Below, in pieces: positions 1-9,451 of a stretch of DNA of 64,000 bases (the stretch's first letter is position 1; every line of letters begins with the position of its first letter). The stretch is taken from positions 9,353-73,352 of the forward strand of contig JACPGP010000016.1 in the NCBI GenBank assembly GCA_016182425.1. The letters run 5' to 3'. Source of the DNA: Candidatus Levyibacteriota bacterium. GTDB lineage: Bacteria; Patescibacteriota; Microgenomatia; Levybacterales; UBA12049. The translations under genes were made by a program, and so were the position numbers. The notes under the pieces are model-generated. The model was not told where the DNA came from, made no database searches, and was given only the letters and a program-made list of their open reading frames with translations.

Positions 1-616
1 CGCCAATAACTGATGATATAACAAATGGTTGTTCTATGCCAGGAAGAAGATATGGAAGAAGTGGAAAAACTCCGGCAATAACAAATGCAACAAATGTGGC
101 AATGCCATGCTTAAAAGGACTATCTTTTTCATCAAGCAATATCCCCAACTCATCCTTCATCATTGTGTCAAGCCAAACTTCTCTGTTGCCTGTAATAATT
201 GAAACCGCTTTTTCTAAATCTTGCCCCATGAACCCTTTCTTTTTATAAATATCCCGTACTTCTTCTATTTCCAATTCCCGAAGATTATCTATTTCCCAAT
301 CTTCTTTTTTTAGCTGTGCCCGGGCAAAATCTTTTTCTGACCTGCTGCCTAAAAAATTACTGGCGCCCATTGATACCCCATCTGCCAGAAGATTAGCAAT
401 ACCTAAAATAATAACAATGGTGGGGCTTAAAGAGGCGCCCGAGGCACCAGCCACAACGGCAAAGGTGGTAATTATGCCATCATTTGCGCCATACACTAAA
501 TCGCCAATGTATTTTCCCACTAAGTGGCGGTGGGCCAAAGATTCGAAACGGGAATATTCTTTATTTTCCAGAAGATATTTTTCTTTTCTCTTGAGGGCTT
601 TTTCCAGGATATCCAC
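1..616 (-). CDS. VIT1/CCC1-family iron/manganese transporter; the C-terminus runs off the window start
   Basis: My own minus-strand translation; this ORF is not in the track. It starts at GTG 616 and is open to base 1. It reads ...LVYGANDGIITTFAVVAGASGASLSP...LGIANLLADGVSMGASNFLG...FKHGIATFVAFVIAGVFPLLPYLL. The + ORFs 36..248 and 417..626 are antisense shadows of it. Confidence 0.75.
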   Translation of the reverse strand, partial: MDILEKALKRKEKYLLENKEYSRFESLAHRHLVGKYIGDLVYGANDGIITTFAVVAGASGASLSPTIVIILGIANLLADGVSMGASNFLGSRSEKDFARAQLKKEDWEIDNLRELEIEEVRDIYKKKGFMGQDLEKAVSIITGNREVWLDTMMKDELGILLDEKDSPFKHGIATFVAFVIAGVFPLLPYLLPGIEQPFVISSVIG

Positions 617-655
617 TGTTTTATGATATACGAAGAAAACCTGTTAATCAACCTC

Positions 656-684
656 TTGACAAATCTAATACAATCTAATATAAT
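656..684 (+). promoter_or_regulatory. Consensus sigma70-type promoter of fic
   Basis: TTGACA (656-661), a 17-nt spacer, then TATAAT (679-684), 15 nt upstream of ATG 700. Confidence 0.6.
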
Positions 685-699
685 CTAACCTAGATAGAT

Positions 700-1749
700 A
701 TGTTTAATCCTAGACTCACTCTAATCTCGCCCGAAATTCTAACTAAGATAGCTCGCATAGATGAGCTTAAAGGTCGGTGGATAGCTTCGGCCAATCTTAA
801 TCCTTATTTACTAGGAAGGCTAAAACGCTCTGTACTTATTACTTCAACAGGTGCTTCAACTCGTATAGAAGGGGCTAAGCTTTCTGATGAGAGTGTGGAA
901 AAACTAATACATGGCATTGCTATGCAAAAATTTGCCGACAGAGACAAACAAGAAGTACGAGGATACTATGAACTTCTGCAAAATATATTTGAAGCTTGGG
1001 AAAACATTCGGTTTAGTGAAAGCAGTATTAAACATTTTCATAGAGAGCTATTAAAGTATGTTGAAAAAGATAAACTTCATCGAGGTGAGTATAAAAAGGG
1101 AGAAAATAGAGTTGAAATGGTAGATGCTCAAGGCAAGAGAATAGGTGTTTTATTTGATACAACCCCTGCTTATCTAACACCCAAACAGATGCAAGAACTT
1201 GTAGAGTGGACCCAGGAAGCTTTACGAGGTAAAAAGTATCATCCACTTCTTATAGTTGGTAATTTCCTAGTGGAGTTTTTAAATATTCACCCTTTTGAAG
1301 ATGGAAATGGTAGATTATCCAGAATTTTAACTAACCTTTTGCTTCTTAAAGAAGGCTATTTATATATGTCTTATGTTTCCCATGAGAAGTTAATAGAGAA
1401 TAAAAAGCCAGATTATTATGTAGCTTTAAGAAAAAGCCAAAAGACTTTTAAGACTAAAGACGACAATATCATTGACTGGCTTAATTTCTTTTTAGATATT
1501 ATTTTAGCTCAGTCAGAAGACGCTATTTTGTTATTATCATCTGAAAATTTAGAGACAATTCTTTCCAACAAACAACTTGCTGTATGGAACTATTTACAGG
1601 GTGTCCCCCAGGCTTCGCCGAAAGATTTAGCTGATAAAACAGGTATTGCTCGTCCAACAGTAAATAAGATCACTCTTAGGCTTCTTCAGCTTAAAAAGAT
1701 TGAAAGACTAGGTCTTGGAAGAAGTGTTAGGTATAGAAAACTTAAGTAA
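700..1749 (+). CDS. fic: Fic family protein (AMPylase-type) with a C-terminal wHTH-like tail
   Basis: Fic motif HPFEDGNGRLSR (HxFx[DE]GNGRxxR). The C-terminus reads LADKTGIARPTVNKITLRLLQLKKIERLG. Confidence 0.9.
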   Translation: MFNPRLTLISPEILTKIARIDELKGRWIASANLNPYLLGRLKRSVLITSTGASTRIEGAKLSDESVEKLIHGIAMQKFADRDKQEVRGYYELLQNIFEAWENIRFSESSIKHFHRELLKYVEKDKLHRGEYKKGENRVEMVDAQGKRIGVLFDTTPAYLTPKQMQELVEWTQEALRGKKYHPLLIVGNFLVEFLNIHPFEDGNGRLSRILTNLLLLKEGYLYMSYVSHEKLIENKKPDYYVALRKSQKTFKTKDDNIIDWLNFFLDIILAQSEDAILLLSSENLETILSNKQLAVWNYLQGVPQASPKDLADKTGIARPTVNKITLRLLQLKKIERLGLGRSVRYRKLK

Positions 1750-2451
1750 CTTTAAACAAATCAGCTCAATTGCAAACACCCGGTGTTGACAGTTAGTTGA
1801 CTTTTGCCTTAAATGCCCTGGTCTATTTTTATAATAATCTGGTCCTCCAAGAGCATATCGACGATTAAACCAGGCAATTTCATTAGGAAAAAGTAGTGGC
1901 ATTAAAGATATATTTAGAGTTTGATTTGCTAGATTTTCAAGTTCGCGCCACTCCTCAAGCTGTTTTTGTTCCTCTTCAGATAATACTCTTGGAACAATAA
2001 CTCGTCTATAACCTTCATTATCTTTTTCTATGGAAAAGGATTCTGGTATAGTATGCATTATTTCAAAAATGGTTTGGTTAGCAACTGCCACACCCTCTAA
2101 CAGACCTAATAACGATTGGTCATCGCCCACCTCACGTACAGTACGAGCCTTTTCCTGTAAATCTGGTTGGACATGACTATGTAGTAATCCTACAGCTTCT
2201 GCTTGTTCTCCAAATGGCATGTCAAGAAACACTCTCCTATCATCACCCCTCGCGTTTTTAGAAGTAGCGAATACTTGGATTGCTTCTAAGACTTGTTTAC
2301 CTATTACTTCTCTTAACTCTTGGTCAGTTAAAATAGGAAACTCCGCTCTAAAGTGATTTTCAAGAAACGTAGCTATTCTGTCAGGATAAGGCAATTCTCT
2401 CAAAACAGATTCAAACTGATCTGGATATCGTTTCTCTACCTCTGGTATCAT
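1708..2451 (-). CDS. Hypothetical protein
   Basis: 247-aa ORF with no motif I recognise. Its 3' end overlaps the fic 3' end convergently by 42 nt. Confidence 0.5.
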   Translation of the reverse strand: MIPEVEKRYPDQFESVLRELPYPDRIATFLENHFRAEFPILTDQELREVIGKQVLEAIQVFATSKNARGDDRRVFLDMPFGEQAEAVGLLHSHVQPDLQEKARTVREVGDDQSLLGLLEGVAVANQTIFEIMHTIPESFSIEKDNEGYRRVIVPRVLSEEEQKQLEEWRELENLANQTLNISLMPLLFPNEIAWFNRRYALGGPDYYKNRPGHLRQKSTNCQHRVFAIELICLKLLKFSIPNTSSKT

Positions 2452-2463
2452 ATGTAACTATTT

Positions 2464-3018
2464 CTATTTTCCAACAATAACCAAAGCGTCGGCAGAGGAG
2501 GAGGCGGAGAGGGTGGCGGAGGTTGAGCCGACTGTGTATTGAGAAGATAAGTCACTTTTAAGAAGCGAGAGATATTTTGAAACTTCGGATTTTACCGAAA
2601 TAGTTACATTCTCATATTCAAAATTATTTGCATTGCCGGTCGCAATAACTCTGTAACCAAGGCTTTTTAAGAAATCCGAAGCACGGCTGGCAGCCCCAAC
2701 TTGCCCACTGCCGTTTTGCACTTCAACAGTTAACTCGCTTCTATCTAATCCTGTTGCCGTATCAATGGGACTTGCTGTTGGCTTGGGAGTAGGTGTGGGA
2801 GATTCTTCTGGAGTTGGTGTGACTTCTTCTGTTGGAGTCGGCGCGTCAGTTGGTGTTAATATGATTTTACTTTCTTCCTCTGAATTTCCTCCAAAAAAAG
2901 CGGTTGCTCCAAAATAACCAATTCCTCCAAGTATTAGAAGAAAAACAATAATAGAAACAAGCTTCCTAAAACTTCTCTTCCTTGGGTTGGGATTAAATGA
3001 AGGCAATTGCTCTTCCAT
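2464..3018 (-). CDS. Membrane-anchored LytR_C (LytR/CpsA/Psr C-terminal) domain protein
   Basis: It has a TM helix IIVFLLILGGIGYFGATAFFGG, a Pro/Thr/Glu linker, then VEVQNGSGQVGAASRASDFLKSLGYRV. I moved the start to MEEQL (3018) because the track start at 3060 leaves only 6 nt to the divergent gene. Confidence 0.65.
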   Translation of the reverse strand: MEEQLPSFNPNPRKRSFRKLVSIIVFLLILGGIGYFGATAFFGGNSEEESKIILTPTDAPTPTEEVTPTPEESPTPTPKPTASPIDTATGLDRSELTVEVQNGSGQVGAASRASDFLKSLGYRVIATGNANNFEYENVTISVKSEVSKYLSLLKSDLSSQYTVGSTSATLSASSSADALVIVGK

Positions 3019-3066
3019 AAAACTTGAGGGGAGTATAGCACACGATTTGCTATAATACAACTTACC

Positions 3067-4785
3067 ATGAAGCGTCTGCTCTTTCTATTTTTTTCTTTTG
3101 TTTTTGTTTTCTGTCTGACTGCTGTTTTTGCGCCAAAAATATCATCGGATGAACTTGATGATATCAACACGCAAATTAACGACTTAACGACATCTTTGAA
3201 TATGTCTATTAAGGCAACGCGGCCGCTGGAGTCAGAATTAAATTCCTTACAGAAACGAATTACCGATATAAAAACGCGAGTTAAAACAATAGAAGAAGAC
3301 GTTGCGCAAAAGCGAAAAAATATTGACAAAGGCTACAAAGATCTGGCCAGACAAGAGGCAATTCTCAATCGAACAATTAGAGATTACTACATAAGAAGCT
3401 ACTATGATTCGCCACTTCTGGTTTTGCTATCTGCCCAATCTGCCTCGGAAATTACCCAAATTTTAGCCTACCAAAAAGCAGCAGCAGATCAGGATAAAGC
3501 AATTATCACCAATATAGCGCTTTCCATAGTTGATCTTGAAGAAAAAAAGGGACAACTTGAAATAGAACAAACACGTCTGGCAGCGCTTAAAACAACACTT
3601 GATGAACAATCGGCAAAGTTAGATAAAATAGTTTCTGGCGCCAAAGCCTACCAAGCAGTACTCTCCTCACAGATTGCCCAACTCTCTGCAAAACAGCAAC
3701 AGTTAATTGCCCAAAGATTGGGAAGTTTGAATATCCCAAGATCTGCTGCCACAGCTGCTCCCGCTTGCATTGATGATCGGGATAAAGATTCAGGTTTCTC
3801 TCCTCGTCTGGCATTTTTTACATACGGCGTTCCCAACAGAACCGGACTTAACCAATATGGTGCCTGGGGGAGAGCAAAGGTAGGACAAGGAGAAGATGAT
3901 ATCCTTCGCGCATACTATGAAGGGATTGGTTTTGAAACAAGAGATAATATAACCATAAAAGTCCAGGGGTATGGAGAAATGTCTCTTGAAACGTATCTTT
4001 TAGGCATTTACGAAATGCCTGATTCTTGGTCTGAAAACAACCTGAGCGCTCTTAAGGCGCAGGTTATCGCAGCCAGATCTTATGCTTTGGCCTATACCAA
4101 CAACGGCGCAGATGAGATTTGTACTACTCAATCGTGTCAGGTCTATAAGGGTGGAGATAAAGGTGGCAATTGGAAAAGCGCTGTTGAGCAAACATCTGGA
4201 AAAGTTATGACAAAGGATGGACAAGTTATCAAAGCATGGTATTCATCAACCCATGGAGGATATGCCTTCCCCACCTCCGAATTACCTGGCTGGTCGGCAA
4301 CATCTTGGACAAAAAAGGTAATTGATACAACAACGGGGAGTGTCGGAAGTTTTGGTGAACTGCAAAGCAATGCTTATGATAGAGAATCTCCCTGGTTTTA
4401 CTGTGACTGGGGATCAAGATCTCAATATAATAAAACTGCTTGGCTTAGACCAGAGGAGGTTGCCGACATCGTTAATGTTATTTTGCTCGCACGTGCTGAT
4501 TCTTCGACGAAAGACCATTTTTATCAAACAGACAAACCTCATCCATATGGGGGAGAGGTTTGGAATGAGGAGAGGGTAAAATCCGAACTTCGGTCAAGAA
4601 ATATCACTCCGTACGATACAATATCTGATATCTCTGTGAATGTTGATTTTTCCTCTGGTAAAACAACCTTTGTTAGTGTATCTGGTCAATCGTTTAGCGG
4701 CTCGGAATTTAAGGATTGGTTTAATCTGCGCGCGCCTGCCAATATACAAATTGTCGGCCCGTTGTATAATGTAGAAAGAAAATAA
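3067..4785 (+). CDS. SpoIID/LytB-domain protein with signal peptide and N-terminal coiled coil
   Basis: AQVIAARSYALAYTNNG...CTTQSCQVYKGG...GKVMTKDGQVIKAWYSSTHGGY matches the SpoIID-type signature. A hydrophobic leader is present at the N-terminus. Confidence 0.8.
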   Translation: MKRLLFLFFSFVFVFCLTAVFAPKISSDELDDINTQINDLTTSLNMSIKATRPLESELNSLQKRITDIKTRVKTIEEDVAQKRKNIDKGYKDLARQEAILNRTIRDYYIRSYYDSPLLVLLSAQSASEITQILAYQKAAADQDKAIITNIALSIVDLEEKKGQLEIEQTRLAALKTTLDEQSAKLDKIVSGAKAYQAVLSSQIAQLSAKQQQLIAQRLGSLNIPRSAATAAPACIDDRDKDSGFSPRLAFFTYGVPNRTGLNQYGAWGRAKVGQGEDDILRAYYEGIGFETRDNITIKVQGYGEMSLETYLLGIYEMPDSWSENNLSALKAQVIAARSYALAYTNNGADEICTTQSCQVYKGGDKGGNWKSAVEQTSGKVMTKDGQVIKAWYSSTHGGYAFPTSELPGWSATSWTKKVIDTTTGSVGSFGELQSNAYDRESPWFYCDWGSRSQYNKTAWLRPEEVADIVNVILLARADSSTKDHFYQTDKPHPYGGEVWNEERVKSELRSRNITPYDTISDISVNVDFSSGKTTFVSVSGQSFSGSEFKDWFNLRAPANIQIVGPLYNVERK

Positions 4786-4786
4786 T

Positions 4787-5401
4787 ATGCCTGATATCTT
4801 TACCGAAAAAACCGAAACGATTACTCCTCCTATTAGCAAGCCTACTCATACTCACCACCTTGCTTCTTTCTGTGATCATCCAGAAGGCATCACATTTGAA
4901 AACCAAGAACCCGATGAGGAAATTTTACTTTTCTTACGGAGGCATTTTATCACCAATATTCCATGGATTTTTTTGGCACTTATACTTGCTCTTCTTCCAC
5001 CTCTTCTCTCTCTTATTGCTCCAACAATCCCAACATTTCTCTTTACTTCTCTCCCCACCACCTTCCTTCATATTTTTCTTATTTTCTACTACCTTGTTAT
5101 CTTCACTTTTGTGCTGGTGGAATTTATTACCTGGTATTTTAATATTTCAATTATCACCCAGAAGCGAATTATCGATATTGACTTTTCTGATCTGATCTAC
5201 CACGATGTGGCAGTAACCAAACTTAATCTTGTCGAAGACACCAACTATACCCAGACTGGATTTATCCGCTCTCTTTTTAACTATGGAGACGTCTTTGTCC
5301 AAACAGCAGGAGAAAAGCTCCATTTCGATTTCTTAGCTGTACCAAGACCAACGACAGTTGTTAACATTATTCAGAATTTGATTGGTAAAAATCATGCCTG
5401 A
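4787..5401 (+). CDS. Membrane protein with a membrane-flanked PH-like (YdbS/YdbT-type) domain
   Basis: Two TM helices are followed by ...ITQKRIIDIDFSDLIYHDVAVTKLNLVEDT...GDVFVQTAGEKLHFDFLAVPRP. Assignment is by resemblance only. Confidence 0.45.
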   Translation: MPDIFTEKTETITPPISKPTHTHHLASFCDHPEGITFENQEPDEEILLFLRRHFITNIPWIFLALILALLPPLLSLIAPTIPTFLFTSLPTTFLHIFLIFYYLVIFTFVLVEFITWYFNISIITQKRIIDIDFSDLIYHDVAVTKLNLVEDTNYTQTGFIRSLFNYGDVFVQTAGEKLHFDFLAVPRPTTVVNIIQNLIGKNHA

Positions 5402-5630
5402 CCCGACAAATATAGTTCAACAATTAGTACAGCCTCTTTTTTTGCTCAAAGTGCTCTTTCTTATCGTGCTTTTTCTTTACATTATTTTTACCTTTGTGGT
5501 TTTTAACCAAGTGCGGGTAATGAATCGGGTGGTCACCGAAACACACTCCTCAGCTATTCTTGCCCTTATCGCCCTTCTCAACTTTCTTGCCGCAATTTCG
5601 CTTTTTATTTACGCTCTTGCTATACTGTAA
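5382..5630 (+). CDS. Small two-TM membrane protein
   Basis: 82-aa ORF with two hydrophobic helices. It overlaps the upstream gene by 20 nt. Confidence 0.4.
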   Translation: MVKIMPDPTNIVQQLVQPLFLLKVLFLIVLFLYIIFTFVVFNQVRVMNRVVTETHSSAILALIALLNFLAAISLFIYALAIL

Positions 5631-5633
5631 GCG

Positions 5634-7331
5634 ATGGAAAACAAAAAGCTTACTTTTGCGACAATCGTGGCCACGCCAACAGCTTCTTCTTGGTCACAGG
5701 CTTATACCGCGGGAAACCTTTTTGCTGCTTTCTCGCTTAGGCAAAACAGTGTTGTCAGTGAAGATAAGAATGAGGAGTCTTTAGCCGCGATCGGCAAAGA
5801 TGTTATCAATACTCTTGAGGCAGAATATTTCACTATAGAAGCCAAAAATCTTGATTCTATAAAACAGGCGGTGGAAATTGCGGTAAAATCGGTCTTGGAA
5901 AAAGAAACAATCACTCTCTCTGCTTCTTTTGCGTCGATTATCGACAACGTGCTCTATTTGGTTGTCATCGGCGGCGCCAAAGTATACATAAAAAGAGACG
6001 ACAGCTTGGGGCTTCTGCTCCAATCTGAAGAGATTCAAAAAACTTCTTCTGCTTCCGGCTTCTTGCGCGATTTAGATACTGTCATTATACAAACAGCTCA
6101 ATTTAACAGCATTGTCCCAAAAGAGAAGTTAAAAACAGCAATTGACCACAATACGCCATCTGAAATTGCCGAAAGACTTTCTCCTTTTGTCCACGAACAA
6201 GAAGAGGGCGGCGCGGCGGCACTTGTTATCTCCTACAAAGAACCAATAATTGAGGTTTTGGACGAAAAGGAAGAAAAAAAATTTTTTGATAAGCTACCAA
6301 AATCCACAGACCTAATTTTCCAAGTCCTCATAGTACGGCTTAGCAACAAAAGAAAAATCTTTTTTGCAGCAGCAGTTCTCTTAACACTCTTACTTATAGG
6401 AAGTATCTTGTTTGTTTCAAAACGGAAAGAGGATGCCAAAAACGAAATACTTTTCCAGGAAGTATTTACTGCCGCGCAAAAAAAATACGAAGAGGGGCAA
6501 AGCTTAATTTCTCTCAACAAAAACCTAGCCCGAGACGATTTTTGGGAAGCAAAAAAAATATTAGCCGAAAACAAAAACAAATTTAAGAAAAATTCCAAGC
6601 ACGAAAAAGAATTATTAGAACTTTCAAAGAAAGTAGAAACCTCTTTGGTAGCCGCGTCCTCTGTAAATATAATACCAGCAAAACCTGTTGGAAAAGAAAG
6701 CAGTATACTGCTTGCCACGTCTATAGACAATACTCCAATATCTATAACGCAGGATGAGAAAAATGTATACGGCATTACCAGTGATGTTGTTTTTACAGTC
6801 GATAAAAAGTCTAAAAATAAAAAAACCATTATCCCAAACAAAGATTATTGGGATGATGTGGGCGGGCTCGGCGTATACTTTGGAAACATTTATGTACTTG
6901 ATAAAAGGGCAGGGCAGATTTTTAAGTTTACCGGCTCTGAATTCAATAAGTCCAATTATCTGGTGGGCGGGATGCAAGATTTTTCAAACGTTCAGTCTAT
7001 AACAATTGATGGATCAGTATTTGTTCTTTTTAATGATGGGGTAATCAAAAAGTTTATTCGAGGAAGACAAGAGGATTTTGGAACCAAAGAACTTGATAAA
7101 CCACTCAAAAATCCATCTCTAATCTTCACCGACGCAGAAACCAACAACCTCTACATTTTAGACAAAGGCAATAGCCGTATTGTAGTGTTAAACAAAAGTG
7201 GTGTCTATCAAACCCAATATCAAGCAGATGTGCTTAAAGACGCAAAAGAATTTGATGTAAAGGAAAAAGATAAAAAGATTTTTGTCTTAAGTGGTGGCAA
7301 ACTGTGGCAAATAGATTTGACAAGTCAGTAA
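5634..7331 (+). CDS. Single-pass membrane protein with C-terminal NHL/beta-propeller-like repeats
   Basis: A central TM helix (IFFAAAVLLTLLLIGSILFV) is present. The C-terminus has repeats such as NIYVLDKRAGQIFKF and NNLYILDKGNSRIVVLNKSG. The N-terminal domain is possibly PP2C-like, at low certainty. Confidence 0.5.
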   Translation: MENKKLTFATIVATPTASSWSQAYTAGNLFAAFSLRQNSVVSEDKNEESLAAIGKDVINTLEAEYFTIEAKNLDSIKQAVEIAVKSVLEKETITLSASFASIIDNVLYLVVIGGAKVYIKRDDSLGLLLQSEEIQKTSSASGFLRDLDTVIIQTAQFNSIVPKEKLKTAIDHNTPSEIAERLSPFVHEQEEGGAAALVISYKEPIIEVLDEKEEKKFFDKLPKSTDLIFQVLIVRLSNKRKIFFAAAVLLTLLLIGSILFVSKRKEDAKNEILFQEVFTAAQKKYEEGQSLISLNKNLARDDFWEAKKILAENKNKFKKNSKHEKELLELSKKVETSLVAASSVNIIPAKPVGKESSILLATSIDNTPISITQDEKNVYGITSDVVFTVDKKSKNKKTIIPNKDYWDDVGGLGVYFGNIYVLDKRAGQIFKFTGSEFNKSNYLVGGMQDFSNVQSITIDGSVFVLFNDGVIKKFIRGRQEDFGTKELDKPLKNPSLIFTDAETNNLYILDKGNSRIVVLNKSGVYQTQYQADVLKDAKEFDVKEKDKKIFVLSGGKLWQIDLTSQ

Positions 7332-7361
7332 AAAGTTGTGTATAATTGTTGTGTATTAACT

Positions 7362-7595
7362 ATGCAAACACAACGCATTAACATTAGCCTACCTTATGAA
7401 GTAATTAAACAATTAAATGGAGCGGTTCCGCAGGGAAAACGCAGCCAATTTATTGCCAAAGCAGTTTCCGAAAAGCTGACCAAAAAAAGAAATATCGAAA
7501 AAGAACTCATAAAAAGCCTCAAAGCCAATTCCAAATTCTACAAAAAGGTTGCTAAGGAATGGGAAGTTACAGAAGTTGAGGGATGGCCAGAATGA
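7362..7595 (+). CDS. Ribbon-helix-helix (CopG/MazE-type) antitoxin
   Basis: MQTQRINISLPYEVIKQLNGAVPQGKRSQFIAKAVSEKL. It overlaps the mazF start. A TATAAT at 7341-7346 lies upstream, so ATG 7362 is preferred over GTG 7338. Confidence 0.8.
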   Translation: MQTQRINISLPYEVIKQLNGAVPQGKRSQFIAKAVSEKLTKKRNIEKELIKSLKANSKFYKKVAKEWEVTEVEGWPE

Positions 7596-7933
7596 AACGA
7601 GGCGAGATTTGGATAATAAATCTTGAACCAGGTTTTGGCCGAGAAATCCACAAAAAAAGACCCGCGCTTATCCTATCAGAAAACTCCATTCACACAAACA
7701 GCGACCATGTTATTATTATTCCCGCAAGTTCTCTTGTTCCAAAGCTAATAGGAATAGAAATGGTGTCTATTGGTAAAAAAGAGGGATTAGATAAGGCATC
7801 TGTTTTATTGCCTCTCTACATACGTAGTGTCGATCAAGAACGACTAATAAAAAAGGCTGGTAGAATATCTAAAGTAAAACTAAAAGAAATCGAAGAGGCA
7901 GTAAAAATTGTTCTGGATTTAAAACATGAGTAA
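7583..7933 (+). CDS. mazF: MazF/PemK family endoribonuclease toxin
   Basis: KRGEIWIINLEPGFGREIHKKRPALILS is a typical PemK N-terminus. The gene overlaps the antitoxin by 13 nt. Confidence 0.9.
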   Translation: MARMKRGEIWIINLEPGFGREIHKKRPALILSENSIHTNSDHVIIIPASSLVPKLIGIEMVSIGKKEGLDKASVLLPLYIRSVDQERLIKKAGRISKVKLKEIEEAVKIVLDLKHE

Positions 7934-7936
7934 GCA

Positions 7937-8377
7937 ATGAAAATTAGTAATAGAAGAGCATTTTACGATTACCAAATTTTTGAGCGGTTTGAGGCAGGCG
8001 TTAACCTGTTAGGATCCGAGGTAAAAGCAATAAGAGGCGGTCACGCCGATTTAAGCGGCTCGCACGTTCGAATTATCGGCTCCGAAGCCTACCTTGTCAA
8101 TGCCAAAATTTTTCCCTACAAGTACGCCAGGCCAGAAAATTATGACGAAAGGCGTACTCGAAAGCTGCTTTTACATAAAAAAGAAATTATTACCCTCAAG
8201 TCAAAAATAGAGGGGCAAAATTTAACCATTGTTCCCCTTTCTTTGTACACCAGCAGCCACTTTATTAAGCTCGAACTAGCCTTAGGAAAGGGTAAAAAGA
8301 AGTACGAGAAAAAAGAAGCTAAAAAGCAAAAAGATCTGGAGCGAGAAATAGCCTCAGAACTCGCTACAGGGGAGTAA
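7937..8377 (+). CDS. smpB: SsrA-binding protein SmpB
   Basis: NRRAFYDYQIFERFEAGVNLLGSEVKAIR...RKLLLHKKEI, followed by a basic C-terminal tail. Confidence 0.95.
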   Translation: MKISNRRAFYDYQIFERFEAGVNLLGSEVKAIRGGHADLSGSHVRIIGSEAYLVNAKIFPYKYARPENYDERRTRKLLLHKKEIITLKSKIEGQNLTIVPLSLYTSSHFIKLELALGKGKKKYEKKEAKKQKDLEREIASELATGE

Positions 8378-8384
8378 ATTTTTG

Positions 8385-8756
8385 TGGAGATGTCCGAGAA
8401 TGACTCGGAGTCCAAGAACTAGATTAAAAAACTTCTACAAGCATAGTCGATTTTTAAGAGTCACTTTATTCTTTGCCAATCGACAGGTATGAATAAAATC
8501 AAGGTTTAATAAATAAAATAAGGACAAAAACCAATCTTCCTTACCATTTCTCAACTGTATTTTTGCTCATACCATCCCGTTGAGAAAGAGGATATGAACA
8601 GGCTTAGTTAAGGTATGCTCTTTGAGGAGCATACGCATAAGCTAGACCGCTAAAGGGGTTAACCTTAGCATTTATATTTGATTCTGTTTTACGACTAGTT
8701 ATCAAAGTCGGCTTGCAGCTTTTTAACGTGCATTCTTGTCGATGCAATGCATCCCC
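8385..8756 (-). ncRNA. ssrA: tmRNA (SsrA)
   Basis: Read on the minus strand. The 5' GGGGAUG pairs with the 3' CAUCUCC-A and includes a G3:U70 wobble. An AUCGAC element follows the 5' strand. CGUUAAAAAGCUGCAA...CUAGUCG resembles the E. coli pre-tag region. GGAC precedes the T-arm UCCGA/UCGGA. Length is about 372 nt, the gene is convergent with smpB, and a consensus promoter lies upstream. Confidence 0.85.
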
Positions 8757-8766
8757 AAGTAAAAGT

Positions 8767-8796
8767 ATTATAATCCAAAAGCAAATAAAAAGTCAA
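8767..8796 (-). promoter_or_regulatory. Promoter of tmRNA
   Basis: On the minus strand: TTGACT (8796-8791), an 18-nt spacer, then TATAAT (8772-8767), 10 nt before the GGGGAUG 5' end. Confidence 0.5.
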
Positions 8797-8803
8797 GTCA
8801 AGG

Positions 8804-9427
8804 CTAATCCCTCGCCAGAGCAAGACCCCAGACGCGCTTTACTCCGGCTTTTTTGAGTACCCTAGTAGCCTCAAGCATGGTTGCGCCTGTGGTAAGAATA
8901 TCGTCAACCAGTACGATATTTGTAAATTGAGACATTAAGGCATTGGAAACGACTTCAAAGGCGCCAGCAACGTTTTTCTTTCGCTCCTCCTTTTTTAAAC
9001 CAAATTGTGAAGATGTTTTCTTGATACGCTTTAGCAAGTCGACGTGAGATAAATCTAATCTCTTTGCTAGATCTTCTGCCAGAATCTGGGCATGATTATA
9101 TCCTCTCTTTTGTAATTTAGATTTATGAAGAGGAATGGGCACTAAAATAGGATTTGTCTCTAAAATCTTCATGAATTCCTCTTGCTGAATTAAACTCTCA
9201 TAAAACAACTCTCCTAAAACTGTCCGAAGGTCGGAAAGGTACGGCTTATACTTAAACTGAAAGATAAGCTTCCTAACCACACCTTTGTAAGCAATAGCAG
9301 AAAAAAATCCCTCCTTTGTATTTTGTTCGCTGAACGAAATATAGGAAAAGCAATTGGCACAAAGATACGACCCTGGCTTTTTACAGTTTACGCAGTATTT
9401 GGGGAAGATAAAATCAAGAACTCCCAC
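8804..9427 (-). CDS. ComF family protein (phosphoribosyltransferase-like, N-terminal Cys4 zinc finger)
   Basis: CVNCKKPGSYLCANCF is followed by the PRTase motif VLVDDILTTGATMLEA. Confidence 0.9.
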   Translation of the reverse strand: MGVLDFIFPKYCVNCKKPGSYLCANCFSYISFSEQNTKEGFFSAIAYKGVVRKLIFQFKYKPYLSDLRTVLGELFYESLIQQEEFMKILETNPILVPIPLHKSKLQKRGYNHAQILAEDLAKRLDLSHVDLLKRIKKTSSQFGLKKEERKKNVAGAFEVVSNALMSQFTNIVLVDDILTTGATMLEATRVLKKAGVKRVWGLALARD

Positions 9428-9451
9428 ATAAATAGTGTAGCAAAAAGAGGG

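Noticed and set aside
36-626. Track ORFs 36..248 (+) and 417..626 (+)
   Set aside because: They lie antisense to a continuous minus-strand frame with clear VIT1/CCC1 motifs (GANDGIITTFAVVAGASGA) and have low-complexity, unconvincing sequences.
8140-8415. 91-aa minus-strand ORF
   Set aside because: It overlaps the smpB coding sequence in antisense and also the tmRNA 3' end. It has no motif.
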